Shown: positions 19,088-27,966 of the stretch, in pieces
Layout of the letters: the number at the start of each line of letters is the position of its first letter
How positions within the stretch are numbered: the first letter of the stretch is position 1
NCBI GenBank assembly: GCA_965197525.1
Contig: OZ240211.1
Coordinates: forward strand, 1,696,001 to 1,760,000
Origin: Nitrosopumilus sp.
GTDB lineage: Archaea > Thermoproteota > Nitrososphaeria > Nitrososphaerales > Nitrosopumilaceae
Length of the DNA stretch: 64,000 bases
Direction: 5' to 3'
Translations under genes and position numbers: made by a program
The notes under the pieces: generated by a model
What the model saw: the letters and a program-made list of their open reading frames with translations, nothing else
Told to the model about the DNA's origin: nothing
Databases searched by the model: none

Positions 19088-20584
19088 CTATAATATCGTA
19101 GATTCGCCGTGGTTGACTGATTGTACATTGTTGTGCCATTTTTTATGGTATGATTCGTTTTCAAGGGAGGTATGAATTGGGATCAGTTTTTTTGCCTTTG
19201 TACCGTCAATTACACGCTTTATCTGTTGGCCGTCACCATGACCTGAGACATGCACCTGATTCCAGTCCCTCTCACTTGTAATCAATCCAAAGTGTTCAAG
19301 CCAGTTTTTGATCGTCTCTTGCCTGAATTCCATTTCTGCGTCAAACGGCTCCGTCAGTGACCTGATATAGCTAGAACCGTTGCTTGGTTTGATGTCTATT
19401 AACTCTTGTAGTTTGAAATCACTCAATGACAGCATTATCTCATCTTGTTTTTCAGATACGTCACGGTAGTCGATACTGTTGTCATATTCAAGAAAATCCC
19501 TTGCCCAACTACCATAATCCTCGCGTAAAAGTTTCTTGGTAAATCGATTTCTGTTCTTATCAACTAGTCCCCATTCGCCCTTTGGAATGTATATCCTGAT
19601 GTGTCTGTCATTAGGACTAGGGTATATCCCGTGCAAGTCAGCAGATTCGTCAAATAGTTTTAGCAGATATGCTTGCTTTAGATCTATTGCCAGATATCTG
19701 TCTGCAGCCTTTGCTGCAAGATAAAATGATTCAAGCCTGTCCAAATCTCGTATTGGATAGCCACACACAACGAGTTTTTTGGCATTACTTGCAATCTGGC
19801 TCACTTTCTCTTCTATGTCATACTCTGTCATGGAGGGATTCTGATCTATTCTGGTTCCCTCACACAATAACAGATCAAGTGATGCATCTGCACATTTGTC
19901 AACAAATCTTTCAGTATCTTCCTTACGCCTGCCATGAAATCGGAGATCTGCAGTATTTGCAATCATACCCTTTGATGTCTCCAAGAGAAAGCCATGAACT
20001 CCGGAGATCGAATGATCCACCGGCAACGGAGTCACCCTGATATCGCCAACGGAAAACTCTTTGTTACTTTCAAATACTTGTATGTTCCGAGGTATTTTAT
20101 TGCCTTTTTCTTTTGCCATCTTGCCTTTTGTAGGACCTCTCTTGATTTTATGAATCTGAAACTTTTCTGTCATCTCGATGTACTGTTCACCGACACCTGT
20201 ATCATCAAAGTTCTGCATGATTAGTCTTGATTCCTCTGAACAGTAAATTGGAATATCTTCTCTTAGATATTTTATGTATGCACAATGATCTACATGCGCA
20301 TGTGTTAGAAGAATCCCGTCGATCTCAGTATCTTCCCGTCCTCCTATTCCCATATGTCTTGCATAATCTCTCCTGTAGAGGCCTTTGATATTTGGCAAGA
20401 TTCCAAGCTCAATCATGTCGACTAGGCTGTTTGAGCCCCTGGCCTTCATGTATTCTGAAAAATATCTATTTTCTGCACTAAAACTCATGCCAAAATCCAT
20501 GAAAATTTTTGTATTTCTATCCTCTACTAGGAACTTGTTTCCACCAATATCTTTAACTCCCCCATGAAAGGTAATAGAGGTCAT
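19088..20584 (-). CDS. metallo-beta-lactamase fold hydrolase (RNase J / beta-CASP-like)
   Basis: FHGGVKDIGGN, DFG, LTHAHVDH, VDHS, TADLRFHG, EGT, HVSGH, LIPIHT motifs. Confidence 0.85.
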   Translation of the reverse strand: MTSITFHGGVKDIGGNKFLVEDRNTKIFMDFGMSFSAENRYFSEYMKARGSNSLVDMIELGILPNIKGLYRRDYARHMGIGGREDTEIDGILLTHAHVDHCAYIKYLREDIPIYCSEESRLIMQNFDDTGVGEQYIEMTEKFQIHKIKRGPTKGKMAKEKGNKIPRNIQVFESNKEFSVGDIRVTPLPVDHSISGVHGFLLETSKGMIANTADLRFHGRRKEDTERFVDKCADASLDLLLCEGTRIDQNPSMTEYDIEEKVSQIASNAKKLVVCGYPIRDLDRLESFYLAAKAADRYLAIDLKQAYLLKLFDESADLHGIYPSPNDRHIRIYIPKGEWGLVDKNRNRFTKKLLREDYGSWARDFLEYDNSIDYRDVSEKQDEIMLSLSDFKLQELIDIKPSNGSSYIRSLTEPFDAEMEFRQETIKNWLEHFGLITSERDWNQVHVSGHGDGQQIKRVIDGTKAKKLIPIHTSLENESYHKKWHNNVQSVNHGESTIL

Positions 20585-20934
20585 TCTAAATTATTCAAAA
20601 TAACATTGAATATAACTATAAAGTCAAAATTTGGGGTTTACTCCGATATGATACGTTGTTTCTTACTCTTGCTGTTCAAAAAAATTAGAAAAAATGTGAG
20701 ATATGACTATTGTAAGTTCCAACCGCTTTCTGCTGTTGTTGTGGGTTTGAATCCTGCCCAGACTCCAATTCCTGTGACACTCTTGATCCCAATCCTTTTT
20801 TACTGTCTCTTGTATCGGACGAAATGGGGGTCAGAAGACCTCCAACCATGTTATGTTCAGTCTCCAATATCTGAAAATTAGAAATTAAATCAGATCCCTT
20901 GATCTGAAAAACTAAAATCATCAAATGTTCTAGA

Positions 20935-21696
20935 ATGTACATGTCTGCCCCAAACCGTAACCAGATCAAAATAGGGGCTAGAGTCTCAATTGAAACAAAA
21001 AAGAATCAGGGTACCGGTAAATTGACTGAAGGCACAGTAAAGACAATTCTAACTTCCTCTCAGATTCATCCTCATGGAATAAAGGTCAGCTTAGAAGGTG
21101 GTCAAATAGGTCGAGTAAAGCAGCTAGAGGATCAAAATCAGACTAGGGAAACTAACAAACCAATAGATTTGGACAAAATAGAGATACCAAAAACAGAAGA
21201 TGCAAGTAATGAGTTCAAAGAGTTCTACCAATATGACAAAAAAATACCGAATACAGATGACAAACAGGCAATAGGGGGAATAAAGCGTTCAGTACAGGAA
21301 CGATTTGCCACAGCAGTATGTTCCTTTGGTAATTCGTATGAGGGAGGATTTGTGTATCTGGGCATAAACTCTGATGGAGTTATAGTCGGATTGGAACAAG
21401 ATATGAAACTTGGAAAATTCTCAGATTATAGTGATTCATTTGCAAATCACATAGTAGACAAATTAGAGGATTTGTTAAAAGACAAGGTGTTTGTAACTAG
21501 TAAAATAAGGATAAAGTTTCGTCAGATTGAGAATAAAACAATATGTATAGTACATGTCTTGCCTGCAGATCGACCAATATATCTGCACACAAAATCAAAG
21601 ACGTTTTTTGTCAGAGGACCAGCACCCAAGGCAGTCAAATTTGACATGGATCAACAGTTCAAATATATCAAAGAACGATTTCCAAGATATGGTTGA
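20935..21696 (+). CDS. YwbE (DUF2196) - Schlafen/AlbA_2 fusion
   Basis: N-terminal NQGTGKLTEG...ILT...HPHGIKV...GRV (YwbE); C-terminal EFKE...AVCSFGNSYEGGFVYLGINSDG (AlbA_2). Confidence 0.75.
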   Translation: MYMSAPNRNQIKIGARVSIETKKNQGTGKLTEGTVKTILTSSQIHPHGIKVSLEGGQIGRVKQLEDQNQTRETNKPIDLDKIEIPKTEDASNEFKEFYQYDKKIPNTDDKQAIGGIKRSVQERFATAVCSFGNSYEGGFVYLGINSDGVIVGLEQDMKLGKFSDYSDSFANHIVDKLEDLLKDKVFVTSKIRIKFRQIENKTICIVHVLPADRPIYLHTKSKTFFVRGPAPKAVKFDMDQQFKYIKERFPRYG

Positions 21697-21705
21697 GGTA
21701 TACTA

Positions 21706-22662
21706 TTGACCAAGCTTTATCACAGTCCCATGTTTGATGAAATACGAGATTATTTTGAAAAAAGCAATCCAGATAATACAATTTACATTTTTGTACCATA
21801 CATCAAAACAACAGTATTAGAGAAGCTACTAGATGGTCTTCCCAATCCCAAAGTCATTGTCACAACTTGGAAGCCTAGAGATATTTTATTTGGTTCTTCT
21901 GAACTTGAACTGTATCCATATTGTCGTGATCAAAAAATCACATTGTATCTAAGCCCAAACATACACCTCAAGGTATACTCTGTGGAGTTGGAAGATGCCA
22001 TAATTGCAACCGGAAATGTGTCTAATCGAGGCCTTTTACCTAATGGAAACTATGAGGTTGGTGCAAACATTGAATCCCTCGATAATGATGATAGGTTGGT
22101 CTTTGGGAAGATACTCCATGAGGCAAGACTGGTAGATGATGTAATGTATGACAAGCTCACAGAATGGTATGAGAACAACAAGGTAGAGGCAGACAAGTAT
22201 CCTAGTCTGGAAGATATTGTGCCTCTGCCAGAAAAAGATGATTTTTCAGTGGCTGCATTGCCTATGACTCGTTCTGTAGATGAACTGGTATCGGGATACT
22301 TGAGGATTGTTGCAGGCAAGCGCCCATCTGAGGATTCTGAGATTGTCGCATGCGTGTTTCATGATATCGCAAATTATGATATATCTAAGGGACTATCAGA
22401 ATCTGAATTTATTGCAGAACTGACTCGAAGCTTTTTTGCACATCCGTTTATTCAAAGAATTGATGAATTTATTGCGCCAGAGGCATACTTTGGGAGAATA
22501 AAGGAATGGATTCAAGACAATTGCACTGATGTGCCTGTTCCAAGCAGACGAGAATTGACTGGAAACGTCCAAGTTTTATTGGAATGGTTTGAAAGGCTAG
22601 GAGATGGCAAATACAAGATAGATGTTCCAGGCAGACATTCACAAAGAATTAAAAAACTATAA
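21706..22662 (+). CDS. phospholipase D-family nuclease (single HKD-like motif)
   Basis: IHLKVY...AIIATGNVSNRGL...NYE; TTG start. Confidence 0.7.
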   Translation: MTKLYHSPMFDEIRDYFEKSNPDNTIYIFVPYIKTTVLEKLLDGLPNPKVIVTTWKPRDILFGSSELELYPYCRDQKITLYLSPNIHLKVYSVELEDAIIATGNVSNRGLLPNGNYEVGANIESLDNDDRLVFGKILHEARLVDDVMYDKLTEWYENNKVEADKYPSLEDIVPLPEKDDFSVAALPMTRSVDELVSGYLRIVAGKRPSEDSEIVACVFHDIANYDISKGLSESEFIAELTRSFFAHPFIQRIDEFIAPEAYFGRIKEWIQDNCTDVPVPSRRELTGNVQVLLEWFERLGDGKYKIDVPGRHSQRIKKL

Positions 22663-22679
22663 TCAAAACTCACTCAATA

Positions 22680-24299
22680 TCAAGTGTTCAGGTTTTTGTA
22701 TCTCCAAAGATCAGCGAAATATTCATCTGCAAGTTCTATTGACGGAAGTATGTCTAATATTCTGATCAACCTGAACTGTTCAGTACCGCCCATGCGCGGA
22801 CCGCGCATTCCGCGACCAATCATCTGCTGATGAAGCACTATGGATCTAGTGGGTCTAGCTATGAATACCACATCTATGTTGGGGGCATCAAAGCCAACTG
22901 AAAAAACATTAACATTGCATATGCATTTAATCACACCCTCTTTGAATTTTGATATGACATCACGTCTATACGCCATGGGTGTGTTCCCATCCACATGTGC
23001 CGCATTACCGCCCAACGCCAAAATTATGGCGCACATCAGCTTTGATTGTTTTAGATTGGGCGCAAAATATAATATTTGTTTGTTTTCAACTATCAACTCT
23101 TTCAATCGTTTGGCAATTGCGATATTTCTTATATTGTCCGCAGCTATCTCATCTAACAATGCCGGTGGAAGATCGTGATCATCGGCAAATCTTCTTCGTT
23201 GTTCCTGTGTAAGGATGAACTCTCTATTGGATTCAATCGTTTCAGGATCACAGTATGCAAGATACCCTTTTGATTGCAGATAGGATATGTTATCCATATC
23301 TCCAGAGTCTATCTCTATTATCTTATCGTTGAAATATTCACGTAATTTTGTGTTCTCTGGACTGTTCATTCCTCTTAGAGGTGTGGCAGTAAGGCCAACT
23401 ATTCTAGTGCCGTTTTCTTCAAGGCGCCGTATTACATTTTTGTGTGTACGTGCGATCACATTATGTGCCTCATCAGCCACCACAAGCTCAGGTTTGGGAA
23501 AATTACTGGAATCCAGCAAGTTATTCAATTTTTGATATGTGGCAACGATGAACGCATTAGGCTCGAAATTATTTGGATCATTCTTACCCCATACACGATA
23601 TACATGTAAATCGTCTTTGCCCAAATGTGACCAGATCTCTTGCATGGAAGTTATTGCCTGTTCGCATAACTCCTCACGGTCAGCAAGCCATACTACCTGT
23701 CTTTTTTCTCCTGCCTCTATGCCGTTGTTTAGAAAATTACTTACCATCTCCAAGGCAGTGCGTGTTTTGCCGGCACCGGTTGGCATTTTTATGATAAAAT
23801 GTACCCATGGATTCTCCACCAACCGCATTCCCTCGTAGAATACTTTACTTTGATACTCTTTTAACATTCGAAGTGGCTTGTTGGTAGGTATTGTGAATTC
23901 AGAAGTGCGATCCTGTTCTGGACTTGGAATTAGATTTTTGTCATACTCAAATTCTTCTATGAATGCTTGTGTTTCATTATTGCAACCCCATGCTAGTTTA
24001 GAAGCTTTCTCAATTGATTTTTCATATGCTTGATCATCTTGAGATGAAATAGGTATTCCGGTTCTCTGGAAAAATCTAAGACATTTCTTTTTATCCGCAT
24101 ATTTGAGAAGTTTTGCCCGAAATTCCGGTTTTTTGTAAGATGATATGTTTAGTGCATGATGAAGTTTGCCCAGCATATTTTTTGTCCCAATATCAAAATC
24201 TTCATTAGGGTTTATTTCCTTGAGAATAAAATTAAGCGTGTCCCAGTATTCTTTTAAAGAAAACTCTAATTCACTACGTGGTAATCTGTCATTTAACAC
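22680..24299 (-). CDS. SF2 DEAD/DEAH-box helicase (RadD/UvsW-like)
   Basis: MPTGAGKT, DEAH, GLTATP, VGFDAPNID, QMIGRGMRG. Confidence 0.9.
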   Translation of the reverse strand: MLNDRLPRSELEFSLKEYWDTLNFILKEINPNEDFDIGTKNMLGKLHHALNISSYKKPEFRAKLLKYADKKKCLRFFQRTGIPISSQDDQAYEKSIEKASKLAWGCNNETQAFIEEFEYDKNLIPSPEQDRTSEFTIPTNKPLRMLKEYQSKVFYEGMRLVENPWVHFIIKMPTGAGKTRTALEMVSNFLNNGIEAGEKRQVVWLADREELCEQAITSMQEIWSHLGKDDLHVYRVWGKNDPNNFEPNAFIVATYQKLNNLLDSSNFPKPELVVADEAHNVIARTHKNVIRRLEENGTRIVGLTATPLRGMNSPENTKLREYFNDKIIEIDSGDMDNISYLQSKGYLAYCDPETIESNREFILTQEQRRRFADDHDLPPALLDEIAADNIRNIAIAKRLKELIVENKQILYFAPNLKQSKLMCAIILALGGNAAHVDGNTPMAYRRDVISKFKEGVIKCICNVNVFSVGFDAPNIDVVFIARPTRSIVLHQQMIGRGMRGPRMGGTEQFRLIRILDILPSIELADEYFADLWRYKNLNT

Positions 24300-24309
24300 C
24301 CAAGTCCAC

Positions 24310-26088
24310 CTAATTCTTGTATGCTTTTCTTAGATGGTAACTCCATTTTACAAGATGTTCTTCCACAGTATTTCCTACGGATTGTGTACGGGTTAGATCA
24401 TCAAGATCATATTGGCCCTCAGCGTAGGCGTAGATGAGTCTGTCTATATCGGCCTTTAATTCTTTAGCGAGTTTTAACAGATCAGAATTTTGAGGATCAG
24501 CAGACAGGGCTTCTATTTCCTGGATTCTGCGATAAATCTCCACAAAAAATGGATGGCTCATATTATAATGGACTACTTTTTTGCCTACGTTGTCTAGCAC
24601 ATCTATGAATGGGCCGTCCGAGCGAGCCTTGTGATCGTGTATGATCTTATACGGCTTATCCGGATCCATTATCTCTGATACATATTTTTCTTGTTCTTCA
24701 GGATTATCAAAGAGTGTTTCTGCGTGTTGTTCTATATTGTCCTTGGCCTCTTCCGGAGATATCGTTGGCTGTAGCGGTGGACAAATTTCTGCAAGTTCTT
24801 TCTCGGTGCTGGTATGGCTTTGCAATGGTCCTGTTTCTGCTTCAGATTTCTTTTGATCCTCATCGGCCCAAACTTCTTCAAGCGCCTTTCTAAAATTGTT
24901 GATTATAGACGGTTGAAGTTTCTGTTGTAATATGTCTCTGAGTTCTTTAAGAGGTCTGGCGCCGATTTTTATATTCTTTACAGAGAACCAGTGATCTAAG
25001 ACCGGATCAAAATCTATCTCACATCCCCAAAACCTATCCGCTGGTTTTGTCGTCGGTGAAAATCTAGACATTGGACCATAATAGACCTCGCGGCCGTTTC
25101 TCAATATCGAAAACCCTTCATTTTCAAACACTCTTCTATCGTTATTAAATTTGCTACTTCCTCCATACCCCTTCAAATGTGCATTTTTTTCTCCTTTTCT
25201 CCAAGATTTAGGGAGCATGGATGTTCTGATTATGATCTTGCCTTTTTTCTCACCACTGCTAGGTGAATCTACAACATGTACCGGATGATCAAACACATGT
25301 TCAGGTTGGAGCGCTGCGCGGTCATCATCTGGAAATTTGGGATTTTTTGTAGCATAAAGTGGATCATGTGCGGTAACTGATACATTATTTGAACCATTAT
25401 CTATGAATATTTTCCGTAAATTGTTGTTTTTTATGGGCTTACCGTCTTTGATTATTTCTTCGCCTATGAATTTACGATAGATTCTGCCTAGACGATGTTT
25501 AAGCACATCTAGTTCAAATTCAGAATCAATTCGTTCAATCTTACTCCAAATTACTAGAGTACCATAGTCTCCCACCAGATCTTTGTATTCTGATGGAAGA
25601 TCTTTTTGCTCTACGGGATGCAGAAATGGATCTGCATCATTATCGATTCCACTGTTATCCAAAAATGTATATCTCCAATTCCCTTGTTTTTCTCTAGAAT
25701 ACACTTCAATTTTATCACATACATTGATTGCACCCATAGTCATTCGTGGATAGATTGATTGCACCCATAGTCATTAAACCACTCCAAACCTGCCTATTCC
25801 TTTACGATCATCGTATCTATTCGAATAGCCGATAGCTAGGCAATGTTGCAATGTATCAGAATCCATCCCGTGTCCGTCATCACCGACTGCTATACAAACC
25901 GGACGGGGCTTATGTTTGCCCTGCGGTGTACTCATCTTGAATTTGAGTCTAATCTCTTTTGCGTAAGCTTGAATCGAGTTATCAACTACTTCGTAGATTG
26001 CCGAATATGCATTAAAGTCGTTATTGCGAAGAGATTTTAGGGCGGCCCCAATACGTATGGGAGATATTTTTTCAGTACTCATTATCAT
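24310..26088 (-). pseudogene. GHKL (Hsp90/MORC-like) ATPase interrupted by a 33-bp insertion with two stops
   Basis: EVVDNS, DDGHGMD, GIGRFGV in 25774-26088; continues in frame into 24310-25764. Confidence 0.8.
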
Positions 26089-26112
26089 ACCCTCTGCATA
26101 CCCTTTTTTATA

Positions 26113-26952
26113 TTATAGGTGGCAGACAGTACAAGGTGTGGACTCGTCCTCCTCATCCAAGGCGTCTGCAAGCACATCAACTAGCGGCAGGTTCTTTCGT
26201 TTTGATTTGACTCTTTTGAGGTTCTCTGCCTGTCTGGCCATTATATCATCACGTCTTTCCAACAACTCGGTTAATGTCTCGCCTTCAGACCATGTATATT
26301 GCCGTCCCTTCATTCCACTTGATTTAAAATTCGCATCCCCTGCAACTCCTGCATCCTTGAGTATCTTTTGCTCGATTGCGACTGCACGCTTGAACAAATC
26401 AGGATGGTTGTCTGCAAGACCAACCCATTCAGATTTACGCTGAAAGAAGCAGAAATAACATCCGGAACGTGTCCGCCACTTGTAATAATCTGGCAGGTTG
26501 ATTCCTGCATCTTCTAGAATTTTTACTACACCCGCATGATCAATATCTGCATCAATGAATGGAAATACTGTCTTGATGTTGGGCTTGGTCGATATATATC
26601 CTGTCCTGTTTTTCTCATCTGCACGTATTGCCACATATGATATCACGTCATCATCACCTATCCAATCTTCTAGTGGTTTTATCTTCAACATGCTAGTACA
26701 CCACCTCATCTGTGGGGATGGCAAGGTGCCACGATATACTTCAAAATAGTGATCAAAACTTCGTGTAGAATTTAGTTTTTCAATTTTTTTGCCCAATACC
26801 ACCTCAAGCTTTGCAAGATATGCATATGTCTCTGGAAGTTCTGCACCAGTGTCACAAAAGAAATATTCCATGTCGGTAACTTTGTCTCTCATGTATACGG
26901 CAAGAGCACTAGAGTCTTTGCCACCAGAAATACCACAAACATGCCTTGGCAT
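26113..26952 (-). CDS. sspD: PAPS reductase-family protein (SspD-like)
   Basis: GISGGKDSS, CDTGAELPET, RWCT..LK, RSGCYFCFFQ; context with desulfurase, DUF4007 and ATPase. Confidence 0.75.
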   Translation of the reverse strand: MPRHVCGISGGKDSSALAVYMRDKVTDMEYFFCDTGAELPETYAYLAKLEVVLGKKIEKLNSTRSFDHYFEVYRGTLPSPQMRWCTSMLKIKPLEDWIGDDDVISYVAIRADEKNRTGYISTKPNIKTVFPFIDADIDHAGVVKILEDAGINLPDYYKWRTRSGCYFCFFQRKSEWVGLADNHPDLFKRAVAIEQKILKDAGVAGDANFKSSGMKGRQYTWSEGETLTELLERRDDIMARQAENLKRVKSKRKNLPLVDVLADALDEEDESTPCTVCHL

Positions 26953-27010
26953 GATACTAGAAATTTATTACATCATATAACTATTTAATATCAGACAATA
27001 ACTTGGAAGT

Positions 27011-27178
27011 TTATTTTATCTTGGCAGCTAGCGTGTCAAATTCCTTTTTTGAAACAGTGAGGCAGAACAATACCTTATCTGGCTTTTTGGCATTCTTTAC
27101 CATTGGATAGAATTTGATTACATATTTGCCGTCTTTTTTCGTGATATCGTATGGTCTATCGCCAATCTTGTCTCTCAT
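27011..27178 (-). CDS. 55-aa basic protein (below ORF-track cutoff)
   Basis: MRDKIGDRPYDITKKDGKYVIKFYPMVKNAKKPDKVLFCLTVSKKEFDTLAAKIK; homologous to two remnants next to the att sites. Confidence 0.6.
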   Translation of the reverse strand: MRDKIGDRPYDITKKDGKYVIKFYPMVKNAKKPDKVLFCLTVSKKEFDTLAAKIK

Positions 27179-27315
27179 GCGGTTTTTCAATATCCTGTGA
27201 TTTTATAGGTTTATCGGTAGTTTTTTCCCAAAATTCATTTGAAACTTAGATATTGTGCTTGGTAAATTGGGAATTCTACCAAAACATATTATACTTCTTT
27301 AGTGTAGTATATGTG

Positions 27316-27376
27316 CCTATATTCGAATCCTCTAGCCTAACATAGTTAGGGACCTAGGGGCTCATGTGAATATAGG
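27316..27376. ncRNA. candidate structured RNA / long hairpin 3' of DUF3800-like gene
   Basis: Nested stems CCTATATTC/GAATATAGG (9 bp), CCTCTAG/CTAGGGG (6 of 7), CCTAAC/GTTAGG (6 bp). Confidence 0.4.
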
Positions 27377-27381
27377 AGCTT

Positions 27382-27954
27382 TTATTTAAAAAAAGTCCGT
27401 AGTTCTTTTTCAAGATATTGTGTGATATCCATCGCAACCACGCCATCTGGTTCGAAACCTTTGTTATTTGACCAAGCAACCAAGTCAGATAACATGTGTG
27501 CATTTCCTTCTTTGGTATAACGCAAACCATTGTCTTTTGCAAAATTTTTACAGTCATAATCACATTGAAAATTGATCTCAGATAATGAAGTATTGTGTTT
27601 GTGTGTAAATTCTGTTATTTGATCTCTTATTCGATGCAATATTAAATAATTATATGCATGAAAAAGTTTTCCTATTGAAATCGAGTAATGCTTCTTCCTT
27701 AAATTATTTTTGAGCTTATCAATTATTGTCTTCTTGTCAATTCTAATACAAAATGCAATAGACTCATTATTATTAAATTTTAATTTTGAAACAAGCGTCT
27801 TACGATTATATTTGTATGTATTTTGAAGAACTTGTTCATATTCCAAATGTTTAATTATAGAATTAATATTCTCGCTTGTGCCAATAACGATTCCTAGATA
27901 TTTGTAATTTCCAATTTGAGTATTTCCAGAAACATCCATTCCTCCAATAATCAT
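27382..27954 (-). CDS. DUF3800-like protein
   Basis: N-terminal GMDVSGN...YLGIV and C-terminal MLSDLVAW, matching the DxSG...ADxxA pattern. Confidence 0.5.
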   Translation of the reverse strand: MIIGGMDVSGNTQIGNYKYLGIVIGTSENINSIIKHLEYEQVLQNTYKYNRKTLVSKLKFNNNESIAFCIRIDKKTIIDKLKNNLRKKHYSISIGKLFHAYNYLILHRIRDQITEFTHKHNTSLSEINFQCDYDCKNFAKDNGLRYTKEGNAHMLSDLVAWSNNKGFEPDGVVAMDITQYLEKELRTFFK

Positions 27955-27966
27955 AGTTTACTCCGT

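Larger units (their letters stand above)
17582..19156. repeat. 1.57-kb direct repeat, copy 2
   Basis: Colinear with 4559-6130. Confidence 0.9.

Noticed and set aside
20741-20759. tRNA T-arm-like GTGGGTTTGAATCCTGCCC as a further att site
   Set aside because: Only loosely similar to a T arm; no exact match to any of the three tRNAs in the window
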